Shown here: positions 26,779 through 35,811 of the stretch, one piece after another
How positions within the stretch are numbered: position 1 is the first letter of the stretch
How the letters are laid out: the number at the start of each line of letters is the position of its first letter
IMG/VR virus record: IMGVR_UViG_3300032053_000017
Span: 32,001 to 96,000 of that record
Direction: 5' to 3' (one strand)
DNA length: 64,000 bases
From: a virus
The notes under the pieces: generated by a model
Seen by the model: only the letters and a program-made list of their open reading frames with translations
Database searches by the model: none
What the model was told of the DNA's origin: nothing
Translations under genes and position numbers: made by a program

Positions 26779-26856
26779 GGGGGCGTAGCTCAGTTTGGTT
26801 AGAGCGGCGGACTCTTAATCCGCGCGGCGGGGGTTCGAATCCCTCCGCCCCTACCA
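26779..26856 (+). tRNA. tRNA-Lys(CTT)
   Basis: Cloverleaf, CCA. Confidence 0.92.
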
Positions 26857-26859
26857 TAT

Positions 26860-26935
26860 CAGCGCGGTAGTGTAAGTGGCAGCACGAGAGGTTGTGGCCC
26901 TCTTAGAGTGGGTTCGAATCCCACCCCGCTGACCA
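26860..26935 (+). tRNA. tRNA-His(GTG), atypical acceptor stem
   Basis: Bulged C in acceptor, A73, no G-1; CCA. Confidence 0.82.
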
Positions 26936-26954
26936 TCATTCAGGTATTCTATAC

Positions 26955-27028
26955 TCGGGGGTAGGCTAGCGGTAGACCGCCTGACTCTGGATCAGGAAAG
27001 AGAGGTTCGAATCCTCTTCCCCGAGCCA
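26955..27028 (+). tRNA. tRNA-Gln(CTG)
   Basis: Cloverleaf, CCA. Confidence 0.9.
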
Positions 27029-27038
27029 AGGAGATGAT

Positions 27039-27410
27039 ATGTGCGATGGTTGCGTATTCCATAACGGGCGCAGAGACCACAAGCCGGGGTGTCGATGTCC
27101 CTGGCATAGTGGGCATTCCGAACGCGCATTGAAGAATAATCCGCGGCATGCCCGTCCGCTCGCGGAGTTACTTGTGGAGAACGGCCAGGCGGGTAAGGCT
27201 CAGCGCATAAAGGCTAGGCTTCTCAAGGAGGGGCTTATCAAGGACCGCTGTGAGATATGTGGACTTGGGCCGGAGTGGCAGGGTCAGCAACTGGTGCTGC
27301 CGTTGGATCATCGCAATGGCAATAGGCGGGACTGGCGATTGGAGAATCTTCGGGTCCTCTGTCCCAACTGTCATACGCAGACGGCTACATTTTCTGGGCG
27401 TAAACTATGA
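27039..27410 (+). CDS. HNH endonuclease
   Basis: CEICG..LDHRNGNRRDWRLENLRVLCPNCH. Confidence 0.9.
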   Translation: MCDGCVFHNGRRDHKPGCRCPWHSGHSERALKNNPRHARPLAELLVENGQAGKAQRIKARLLKEGLIKDRCEICGLGPEWQGQQLVLPLDHRNGNRRDWRLENLRVLCPNCHTQTATFSGRKL

Positions 27411-27580
27411 GCTGTACGCCGGGATACAACAAGCGGGAGCGGGCGCTGCTTTTCGCGCTTCGCCATCTGATAGGTAAGAACCACCCGCTCGACCCTGAAA
27501 GGTGCGAGGGATGCATGGAGATTGCCGGGTTCCTCACTATACCAGGGTATGAGTCGGTAAACAAGCAGGATGTCCATTGA
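27407..27580 (+). CDS. 57-aa hypothetical protein (not in ORF track)
   Basis: MSCTPGYNKRER..CEGC..; ATGA and TGATG overlaps with both neighbours. Confidence 0.5.
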   Translation: MSCTPGYNKRERALLFALRHLIGKNHPLDPERCEGCMEIAGFLTIPGYESVNKQDVH

Positions 27581-27909
27581 TGGTGCAGGTAGTACACTGC
27601 AAGCGTGAACGATACGATGTCTATATCGGTCGGCCGTCAAAGTGGGGCAACCCGTTTGTGATCGGACCAGATGGCGACCGCGGTGAGGTCATAGCGAAGT
27701 ACCGCGCATATCTGCTGGCCAGTCCGGGGCTTATGGCCGCCCTGCCGGAGCTGCGGGGAAAGGTGCTGGGGTGCTGGTGCAAGCCAGCCGCATGCCACGG
27801 GGACGTACTGGCGGAGCTGGTGGATTCTGAGCTCTGGACATTTGGCCAGCTTGATGAGCTTGATCGCATCATCGCGGAGGGCGAAGGTCGCGATGAAGGC
27901 GTGCTGTAG
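27580..27909 (+). CDS. DUF4326 family protein
   Basis: DVYIGRPSKWGNPF..LRGKVLGCWCKPAACHGDVL. Confidence 0.85.
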   Translation: MVQVVHCKRERYDVYIGRPSKWGNPFVIGPDGDRGEVIAKYRAYLLASPGLMAALPELRGKVLGCWCKPAACHGDVLAELVDSELWTFGQLDELDRIIAEGEGRDEGVL

Positions 27910-27910
27910 T

Positions 27911-27988
27911 CGGGGTGTAGCTCAGTTAGGTCAGAGCACGCGGCCTGGGACCGCGGGGTCGGGAGTTCGAATCTCTCCGCCCCGACCA
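27911..27988 (+). tRNA. tRNA-Pro(TGG), C33
   Basis: Cloverleaf, CCA. Confidence 0.9.
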
Positions 27989-28006
27989 TAACAAGGGTAT
28001 TCTATA

Positions 28007-28103
28007 TTGGAGGGGAATTGCTCTATTTGAGGAGGGCTAGCCAGTGAGGCGGGACTGCTCATTCGCCGGTGAGACACCCGGTCTAGAGGTTCCGCCCCTC
28101 CAA
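28007..28103 (+). ncRNA. Structured RNA candidate between tRNAs
   Basis: TTGGAGGGG/CCCCTCCAA terminal stem extended by CTCTA/TAGAG, two inner hairpins. Confidence 0.45.
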
Positions 28104-28111
28104 ATGATAAT

Positions 28112-28203
28112 GGGCCGGTGGCCGAGTCTGGCTGAAGGCGGCGGATTGTAGACCCGCTCTTCCTAACGGGGGCACGGAGGTTCGAATCCTTCCCGGCCCA
28201 CCA
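28112..28203 (+). tRNA. tRNA-Tyr(GTA)
   Basis: Cloverleaf, long V arm, CCA. Confidence 0.9.
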
Positions 28204-28238
28204 ACATCTTTGACCGAACTGTGTTACAATAAGGAGAG

Positions 28239-28532
28239 ATGAAGATGAAACTGTATAGAGACGGACATACCTGGGTAGCTGAGAACATCGGCGAGACGCT
28301 GGGTAACCTCATCGCGTTCAGCGGCGACCTGAAGCTCGTGCTGCTTGAGTTGAACTTCGGTCTGCAACTGTTCGGATTTGGGTTTGACGGTTGGTTCAGC
28401 GCAAGCAAGTTCTACGGTCAGGCGGGTGGTGGGATAAGCCTCTTTACGCCAGCTGCTGGGTTCACCGTGGAAGGTGGGGTGAAGTGGACAGGGGAACTTG
28501 AGCGTCTGGACAGGCGCTCGGGTTGCATATAG
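28239..28532 (+). CDS. Beta-rich hypothetical protein A
   Basis: RBS AAGGAG; paralogue of next gene. Confidence 0.55.
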   Translation: MKMKLYRDGHTWVAENIGETLGNLIAFSGDLKLVLLELNFGLQLFGFGFDGWFSASKFYGQAGGGISLFTPAAGFTVEGGVKWTGELERLDRRSGCI

Positions 28533-28548
28533 CGAGGAGAAGGATAGC

Positions 28549-28911
28549 ATGAGCATCAAGCCGTATGTATCTGTCGGTTCGTCTATAGCCAAGAGCGTTG
28601 GTGAGGCGCTGAAGAGGATCCCGGTCTTTGACCTGCAGGCGTACGCCACCCTTTCCGATGGGTTCGAGCTCGGCATTGGGCTCACGATAGCCGGCTTCTC
28701 GCTGGCGGTAGCGCTCAGTGCAGACAATGGGTTCGGCGACCTGAGCATCCAAGCTGGGTTCGAGACGCCCGCGTTCGGCGCAGACGTCATCATAGGACTA
28801 GCTTGGCCGGGTACCCTCCAGCGGCAGTTCGAAGCTGATGTACGCGCGGCGCTGACGACCCTAGCGACTGGTGACGCTGCCGGCGACGTTGCTGAGGTAG
28901 ACCCGAAGTAG
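28549..28911 (+). CDS. Beta-rich hypothetical protein B
   Basis: RBS GAGGAG; paralogue of previous gene. Confidence 0.55.
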   Translation: MSIKPYVSVGSSIAKSVGEALKRIPVFDLQAYATLSDGFELGIGLTIAGFSLAVALSADNGFGDLSIQAGFETPAFGADVIIGLAWPGTLQRQFEADVRAALTTLATGDAAGDVAEVDPK

Positions 28912-29057
28912 CGGCGGGGTGGATAACGCAGAACTGGTTCACTGGATGCTCATAGGAGCCATCGGTCTTGTGGTAGGAACCGTCTGTGGCGGTGCCACAG
29001 CGAGTGTTCTCATCTTCTGGCTGATGATCAAACAGGGGTTCTTCAAGAAGGGTTGGC

Positions 29058-29579
29058 TTGACTGATAGCATGATCCACAAAATAGTCATAGAGAAGAACA
29101 GAAGGCGGCCGGTCCTGCACGAGGTCTGCCGCGCGGTGCTGCCAGACGATGTGGACTGGCCGAAGATCCAGAAACTGGCGGACGACCTCGCTGACACGCT
29201 TGAGGCGAATCCCGATGCTGTTGGCCTCGCGGCCCCACAGGTCGGGGTCCCAGTGCGCGTCATCGCGGTACGGACCGGCAAGACGCAGATCACCGTGTTG
29301 GTGAACCCAGAGGTGGAGGTCGAGCGCGGGTGGAGGATGATTGAGGAGGGCTGTCTGTCGCTTCCGAAGCGTACGTTCCTTGTGCAGCGTTCACAGACTG
29401 TGTGCGTGCGCGCTCTCAAGGCATCCGATGGCACTTCGGTGAAGCTGACGGCGCGGGGCAACGCGCTAGCTCAAGCGCTTCAGCACGAGATAGACCACTT
29501 GAACGGGGTGCTTTTGACCGAGCGGGGTAAGGAGCGCCTGCCAGGTGTCCAGAAGATCATCGACCCCTGGGCGAAGTGA
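29058..29579 (+). CDS. def: Peptide deformylase
   Basis: GLAAPQVG, EGCLS, QHEIDHLNG. Confidence 0.95.
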   Translation: MTDSMIHKIVIEKNRRRPVLHEVCRAVLPDDVDWPKIQKLADDLADTLEANPDAVGLAAPQVGVPVRVIAVRTGKTQITVLVNPEVEVERGWRMIEEGCLSLPKRTFLVQRSQTVCVRALKASDGTSVKLTARGNALAQALQHEIDHLNGVLLTERGKERLPGVQKIIDPWAK

Positions 29580-29873
29580 TGTCGAAGCGTGGGAGCAGAA
29601 AACGTCATTCCCTACCGCGGCCGACCAAGTCCCGCAGGGGAAGCAGGAAGGCCAACGCCAGGCGGTACAAGCGGCTGGGGTAAAGGTTCTGGCTAAGGTG
29701 CCGATAATAGAGGTAGGAGGCGTAGATCATGGGTACTCTGGTAAACATCGTCGTTATACTTTTGCTCGCGTGGCTTGGCGTGATTGTGCTCTTAGGCTTG
29801 ACAGCCGTATTTTGTACAGTATTTGCGGCGGTCACATACCTGCTACGGTCGTCCAGATAGGAGGCTAGCGGCC

Positions 29874-30209
29874 ATGACTATGAAATACCGGGGCAGGAAC
29901 GGGCACACGGTCGAGAAGCTCGTGTATGGCTGCTGGGAGCCACTCCCATTGGCGCCGAGTCTTAAGATCAGAAACCATTCTCCGACGGGGTTCAGCTGGG
30001 GCTACCTTGGCAGTGGTCCGGCACAGCTCGCGCTGGCGCTGCTGCTGGACGCGATGGACGCACAGACCGTCGATGAGATCGCCGACATCACCAGTGAGTA
30101 CCAGAACTTCAAGACGAAGTTTGTGGCCAGGTGGCACACAGATGGCGAGTGGGAGATCGACGCCATGACGATCCGTGACTGGCTGTTTGAGAAGGGAAAC
30201 CCACTGTGA
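29874..30209 (+). CDS. DUF6166-like protein
   Basis: NHSPTGFSWGYLGSGPAQLALALL..YQNFK. Confidence 0.75.
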   Translation: MTMKYRGRNGHTVEKLVYGCWEPLPLAPSLKIRNHSPTGFSWGYLGSGPAQLALALLLDAMDAQTVDEIADITSEYQNFKTKFVARWHTDGEWEIDAMTIRDWLFEKGNPL

Positions 30210-30598
30210 GAGCTGAGAGCGCGGTATTCTATCTGTCGGGCGGCTTCTATGGCGACTGGCAGACGCGGCTCCAGAAGGAGTGCGCCGGCCTCAAAGCATT
30301 CAACCCTGAGACAGCCGTCGGTGGAGATGCTCTCTATATGTTCGTAGCTGCTGACCTCGATGCGATCGATGTGGTCGACGGGGTTATCGCGCGTTGGGAC
30401 ACCTACCCGTACGTCGAGGGGACGATGGCCGAGATAGGTTACGCCGTGGCACGGGGCAAGCCTGTGCTCCTTATCTTAGACGGTGTGACTATTCCGAACC
30501 CCTTCATCCTTGGCCTGGCGCGACGGGTCTTTGTAGGTATGGATGCGTTCATCACCTGGTGGAACGACCGGGTGAAAAAGGGAACTCCGATAGCTTAG
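30206..30598 (+). CDS. Nucleoside 2-deoxyribosyltransferase-like protein 2
   Basis: YLSGGF, DLDAIDVVDGVIA, GTMAEIGYAVARGKPV. Confidence 0.8.
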   Translation: MRAESAVFYLSGGFYGDWQTRLQKECAGLKAFNPETAVGGDALYMFVAADLDAIDVVDGVIARWDTYPYVEGTMAEIGYAVARGKPVLLILDGVTIPNPFILGLARRVFVGMDAFITWWNDRVKKGTPIA

Positions 30599-30618
30599 CT
30601 AGGTGAAAGGACGGTACA

Positions 30619-31650
30619 ATGGGTAAGTGGTTTAAGGTAGCTATAGTAGGACTCATAGCGGCAGCGGCTGTCGTGCTGGCCTCCGCGGTGTACACGCCGG
30701 CATCGGCAGTTGGTGTTGGTGGTGGCGGCGGCGGCGGCGGCGGCAAGACGCACACGCCGACAGCGACGGCGACGGCAACATCTACGCCTCAGACGTACCA
30801 AGTCATTGAGGCGAAGGCGCTGACCGAGCACGAGTGCGACTGCCACGAGTGGCACTTCGTCATCAACAAGGTCAAGGAAGGCCCGCAGGGCGACAGGTAC
30901 AAGTATGTTCCGTCGCACATCCACGTAACTTGGGCCAATGGCGATACTGAGCGTGTGGACGTGGACGAGAAGTATGCGGACGGCAATTGGAGGGTTGGGC
31001 ACTACACCGTGGACCATAACCTCAACTTCACGGTTACCAGCGCTACGGCCGAGATATATGGGGAGTGGGACGGGCAGTTCAACCTCAGTCATGGTCCGTG
31101 TCCTCCGTCAACTAAGACGCCGACTCCGACGCTTACACCAACGGCGACTGCGACGACGGTTCCGACGGATACTCCGACGGCGACTCCGACGGACACGGCT
31201 ACGCCTGAGCCGACGGCAACGGATACCCCGGAACCTACGGCAACAGAGGTCCCGCCGACGGATACCGCGGTGCCCACGGCGACGCTGACCCCGACCCCGG
31301 AGGATACGGATACTCCTGTCCCGACGGACACGGCTACCCCGCTTCCGACGGATACGGCGACGGCGACCCCTTGGCATCGTGAGCACACTCCAACGCCTGA
31401 GGCGACCTCTACAGTTGCTCCGGAGCCTACAGCTACAGCGACGATACCTCAGGCGCGTCTTGAGCCTCTGGTCCCGCCGGCGCCGCCTGCGGTTGTACTA
31501 CCTAGCGCTGGAGAAGGTTTGGAGAAGACTGACGTTCCGCTGGGGCTCGCGATTGGCGTGGCGGTATGTCTCGTCATCATGTCCGGGTTCATCACCGTTA
31601 TCGTGGCGTGTTGCGTTCGTGGCGCAAGGTGGTTGAGGAGGGACAGTTGA
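30619..31650 (+). CDS. Secreted surface protein with Pro/Thr linker and LPxAG sorting signal
   Basis: Signal peptide, poly-Gly, small domain, TPT repeats, LPSAG + TM + basic tail. Confidence 0.75.
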   Translation: MGKWFKVAIVGLIAAAAVVLASAVYTPASAVGVGGGGGGGGGKTHTPTATATATSTPQTYQVIEAKALTEHECDCHEWHFVINKVKEGPQGDRYKYVPSHIHVTWANGDTERVDVDEKYADGNWRVGHYTVDHNLNFTVTSATAEIYGEWDGQFNLSHGPCPPSTKTPTPTLTPTATATTVPTDTPTATPTDTATPEPTATDTPEPTATEVPPTDTAVPTATLTPTPEDTDTPVPTDTATPLPTDTATATPWHREHTPTPEATSTVAPEPTATATIPQARLEPLVPPAPPAVVLPSAGEGLEKTDVPLGLAIGVAVCLVIMSGFITVIVACCVRGARWLRRDS

Positions 31651-32795
31651 GGATCATAGACAGCTCCCCAGAGGGTGGCCTGCAGATCTTCGACTGGGCA
31701 GACAACCTCGAGCAGGGGGCGTTTCACCAGGCGCGTGACATCGCGGCGTTGCCGTTCGCGTTCCATCATGTGGCTGTCATGGCTGACGGGCACCAGGGCT
31801 TTGGGATGCCGATCGGCGGGGTGCTCGCGACGCGCGGCGTCGTGGTCCCGAACGCGGTTGGCGTTGATATCGGCTGCGGGATGATAGCTGTCAGGACCGA
31901 CAGGTCGGTCTTCGGCTTGACGCCGGATACGCTCAAGAGGATCCTTGCAGACGTGCGTAGGACGGTTCCGCTTGGTTTGGGTAAGCGCCATGACCAGTCG
32001 CAGGACTGGGAGGGGTTTGGTCGTGCACCGAATCTGCCCGTCATCCAGCGGCAGCTGGAGGCGGCTAGGAAGCAGCTCGGTACACTGGGCGCGGGCAACC
32101 ACTTCATCGAGATACAGGCTGATGATGCTGGCTCCGTATGGGTGATGGTTCACTCCGGCAGTCGTAACTTCGGGCTGCAGGTTGCCGGCGAGTATCACAG
32201 GACAGCTAAGGCCCTGTGCGAACGGTGGCACTCCAAGCTCCCGACGCCAGATCTTGCATTCCTGCCCATCGAGACACAGGACGGCAAGGACTATATGGAG
32301 GCCATGAACTACTGCCTCGAGTTCGCGAAGGCGAGCAGGGCGTTGATGATGACTCGGGTTGTCGAGGCGCTTGGGGCAACGGTCTTTAAGTCACTTGACA
32401 TACACCACAACTATGCTGCATGGGAGCGTCACTTCGGTCAGGATGTGCTCGTCCACCGGAAGGGCGCGACATACGCCGGCTTGGGAGTGGAGGGGATCAT
32501 ACCTGGTTCGATGGGTACGGCGAGCTACATCGTCAACGGGCTTGGCAACCGTCTGAGCTTCAACTCGTGCTCGCACGGGGCGGGCAGATGTATGAGTCGC
32601 ACGGCTGCACGGCATGACCTCGACCTGGTGGAGGAGCAGGCGAAGATGGGCAGTGTGGTCGGAGGGCCACGGACTGTTGCGGACCTCGATGAGGCGCCAG
32701 GCGCATACAAGGACATCGACGCGGTCATGGCCGCACAGGTCGACCTCGTGGAGGTTGTTACAAAGCTGCACCCATTGGCCAGCTTGAAGGGATAG
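31647..32795 (+). CDS. rtcB: RNA ligase RtcB
   Basis: DGHQGFGMPIGG, VDIGCG, GNHFIE, HSGSR, HHNYA, HRKGA, PGSMG, SHGAGR, DEAPGAYK. Confidence 0.95.
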   Translation: MRIIDSSPEGGLQIFDWADNLEQGAFHQARDIAALPFAFHHVAVMADGHQGFGMPIGGVLATRGVVVPNAVGVDIGCGMIAVRTDRSVFGLTPDTLKRILADVRRTVPLGLGKRHDQSQDWEGFGRAPNLPVIQRQLEAARKQLGTLGAGNHFIEIQADDAGSVWVMVHSGSRNFGLQVAGEYHRTAKALCERWHSKLPTPDLAFLPIETQDGKDYMEAMNYCLEFAKASRALMMTRVVEALGATVFKSLDIHHNYAAWERHFGQDVLVHRKGATYAGLGVEGIIPGSMGTASYIVNGLGNRLSFNSCSHGAGRCMSRTAARHDLDLVEEQAKMGSVVGGPRTVADLDEAPGAYKDIDAVMAAQVDLVEVVTKLHPLASLKG

Positions 32796-32799
32796 AGCA

Positions 32800-34790
32800 G
32801 TGATGAAACGATGGGGCGGTGAGTTCCCGCACACGATCAAGAAGTGGCCGCAATTCTCCTGGCGCGTGGTGTGGGCGTTCGTTTGTCAGTGGGGTCCATG
32901 GCAGTTCAGCCACCATGGCGACATGGAGGCAGGGGGTGCCAGACACCTGATTCACGAGTATCGTGTATGCATGTTTCCTGGCTGCGATGCGCGGCAATGG
33001 AGGAGTCGCTGGGTATGAGCACTGAGCCGGGGTGGTTGACAGAGTACTGGGACGCATACGTCGACCTCGTTAGCGAGAGGACCGCCAGCGTGTGGGAACT
33101 CTACCGCGGCGGGTCTTTTGTCGCGATGCTGCTGCTGTACTCGGCGGAGTTTAACGCTGAGATCTCGGCAGCTGCTCGGGAGGCGGTGAAAGCATAGTGG
33201 CTCCAACTCAAGAAGAGAAGAAGCAGTTCTACGAGAATGTCCAGACGCTTGGTGAGGCGCTGCTTGCGGCCATGCCACACCTCGGGTGTGACGCGTGCAA
33301 GGCACCGAAGGAGGTCAAGCGGTGCCGATGTGATTGCCACGTGGACTACTACCCAGGTGAGGTGGAGCCGTGAGCAAACAGGTTATCTTTGAGATTGTGT
33401 TCTGGACATTGGCCTACGGCCTGTCAGTGGCGCTTTTGTTGGGGGTCTTCTATTCGGTTTTCAGGATAGAGGCGATTATGAGCAAGGGAGGCTGTCCATG
33501 AAGAAGAAGTTCTGTTATTCAGGTAGACGCCCGACCAAGCGTATGAAGAAGGGGCCAAAGAGTGTCTAGGATAGCGTTGGTCGTTGTTGCAGGGCTGCTA
33601 CTAGCAGGGGCAATTCCGGCAGAAGCGGGCTGGCTCTTGATTGTCTTTGGTCTAAGCCTGTGGGACTGGCTGGCGTCATGACCAAGGAGAGCAGCGCTGA
33701 GAAGAATAGGGCTCTTCTGCCGCTGGCTGAACAGATGGCGAAGAGCGCGCGGCTGCTAAGGGAGTTCAATACTCAACGCGATGCGTGCAGAAGCTCGAAC
33801 AAGGGTAGGAAGCAGTCGACTTTTGAATATCCGTTCGAGGAGACGATAATCGGTTTTGACAAGGGCGAGGTTACCCTCGATGAGGTCATGGCCGAGTATA
33901 GGGAGCGCCTCCGCCTTGCTAGAGAAGGGAGGACACACAGGTCGTGAGTGTTGGAAAGGTGATCAACCGACTTGTAACGGCGGTAGTGTGCGCGGCTCTG
34001 TCGGTATGCGTGGTCTTAATGCTGTGGGTGATGTTCAATAGCGCAGTTACGCTGGTGGAAGCGGTGCTGGGTAGCGACAGTGCGCCGCGCACTTGCTACA
34101 CCGTGACGGACGAGCGCGGCGGGATCTACAGAACGGACTCGCCGGTGCAGGCCATGGAGGTGGTAGCTGGGATGCCGGCCGTGAGGTGGGAGGATAATGG
34201 GGAGGTGATCTATCTCTTCAGGCCGCTGTCGGTGACGTACAACGCGGACCTGTGCGAGACCGGCCAGAACATCAAGGCTGTGGAGGCGCAGAGATGACAG
34301 ACGCTGGGATATTCAGAGACACCGATTATCGTCTTCCCGAAGAGCCAGCGCCGGAATTGTGTGATGAGGACGGCTGCGAGGAGGAGGGGATCCACGAGCT
34401 GGAGTGCGGGACGTGCGGGGGTATCGTGGGCCGGCTCTGCGACGGGCATATCGAGGAACTGGAGAGAAGGCTGATGGCCAATCGCGCAAGGAAGGTCGAG
34501 GTGCAGAAATGATGACCGACGAGGCTCCCAGGCAGCGGTGGGAGATCGTCCCGCCGCCGGGGTCTGACAAGGCCCTGGATGCGGGGTGTAGGTGCCCAGT
34601 CATGGACAACGGTCATGGCAGGGGACGGGGTAACCCGCCGGAGTTCTGGGTTAGCGAGGATTGCCCGATGCATGGGAAGGGTTACGCGGTTGACGGACCT
34701 CAGGGTCCTGATGGCATAGACCCAGGCCACTCAGTCGATGGTATAGACCCGGGCCATTCAGTCGATGGACCTCAGGGGAGGCGCGCATGA
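32800..34790 (+). other. Run of small coupled hypothetical ORFs
   Basis: Short ORFs with RBSs and stop/start overlaps; several are Cys-rich or TM. Confidence 0.5.
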
Positions 34791-34807
34791 AGGATAAGCA
34801 GGTGTGT

Positions 34808-34885
34808 AGACTTAACAGCAGGCTGGGGGTGGCTGATAATCGAAAGGGGGTGATCCAGTATCGTCTTTCGGATGCTGTTGGTCTG
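34808..34885 (+). ncRNA. Hairpin RNA containing 17-nt complement to the 16S rRNA 3' end
   Basis: GAAAGGGGGTGATCCAG at 34842-34858 within AGACTTAACAGCA/TGCTGTTGGTCT stem. Confidence 0.45.
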
Positions 34886-34935
34886 AGTCGCTCTAAGGAG
34901 TGCGTATGAAGTAGCAGAGAGCTAAGTGTGTTATG

Positions 34936-34967
34936 GGCCGGTCCGGGTTTCTCGGGCCGGTCTTTTT
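34936..34967 (+). terminator. Intrinsic terminator overlapping a promoter
   Basis: GGCCGGTCCG/CGGGCCGGTC + TTTTT; TATAAT follows. Confidence 0.7.
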
Positions 34968-34989
34968 GTCGTATAATGGCAATGAGGAT

Positions 34990-35472
34990 ATGATGCCAAT
35001 TGGAGTGTATGAACGAACGCCTGAAACGCGCATAAAGATGGGCATAAGCCAAAGGACAAGTGTTAAGGCTATTGCTCATCGAACGGTTATGCACACAGCG
35101 TTGAAGCGATGGTGGGCGTCAATGACTTTAGATGCGCGTCAGAAACATCTTGCTCACGCGTGGAACGCTGCTCGTCATGCTAGAAGCCCTAATAAGGCGG
35201 AGTTGCGACTGTTTAAGATAATTGAGAATCTAGGCTTTCCGCGCTTCACCGGTAGTGGCACGGTTCGGATAGGCAGTAAATACCCTGACTTTGTACACAG
35301 CGGGTTGCCGGTGGTGGTTGAGATGTTCGGTAATTGGTGGCACAAAGGGGATGACGGCCGTGCTCGTAGAGCCTATCTCGCCCGGCGCGGCTATCGGATG
35401 GTGATCGTGCGTGAGCGCGAACTCAGTCATCCAGATGTTATCCGGCGTCGAGTAGAACGAGCGCTCAATTAG
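34990..35472 (+). CDS. Free-standing Vsr/DUF559-like endonuclease 2
   Basis: PNKAE..YPDF..VVEMFGNWWH..YLARRGYRMVIV. Confidence 0.75.
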   Translation: MMPIGVYERTPETRIKMGISQRTSVKAIAHRTVMHTALKRWWASMTLDARQKHLAHAWNAARHARSPNKAELRLFKIIENLGFPRFTGSGTVRIGSKYPDFVHSGLPVVVEMFGNWWHKGDDGRARRAYLARRGYRMVIVRERELSHPDVIRRRVERALN

Positions 35473-35687
35473 CCAAAGGAGGTGGTTCTTATGGAGGCAG
35501 ACGACTATGACAGACAAGAAACTGCCACCGGTAGTCCTCAGCGGCGCGGTTGCGCTCTTCGTGTACCGTTACTTCATGCGTGTTTCTCCGCCCGGACCAG
35601 CTTCCGAGAAGGTGTTTCAGATAGTGCGCAAGAGTCTTAAGCGGGGGCTTGACGACTCTGGAATTGACGCCCAGATTAATGTCTAGA

Positions 35688-35718
35688 GGTTTCATCAGTA
35701 CATCACAAAGTATACAAT
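35688..35718 (+). promoter_or_regulatory. Promoter GGTTTC-N19-TACAAT
   Basis: Recurrent motif. Confidence 0.6.
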
Positions 35719-35811
35719 TGATACGTCGGTAGAAATGGACGCCCCCATCTATAATAGAAGGGCTGAATCTGATCGATGTAAGCACCGGCCAGCAAGAAGA
35801 GAGGGGTTGAC

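Noticed and set aside
23916-27149. ORF-track proteins overlapping the tRNA array
   Set aside because: Translations of tRNA sequence; only the HNH genes and one short peptide look real
14624-28005. GGTATTCTAT recurring at about 14624, 26943 and 27996
   Set aside because: Also occurs inside a gene (about 30223) and lacks a consistent -35; too weak to call
28239-28911. Programmed frameshift joining the two overlapping ORF calls
   Set aside because: The second gene has its own RBS and ATG at 28549 and is a paralogue of the first
34709-34770. 27-bp tandem repeat as a mini-CRISPR
   Set aside because: Contiguous in-frame coding repeat (DGIDPGHSV x2) without spacers
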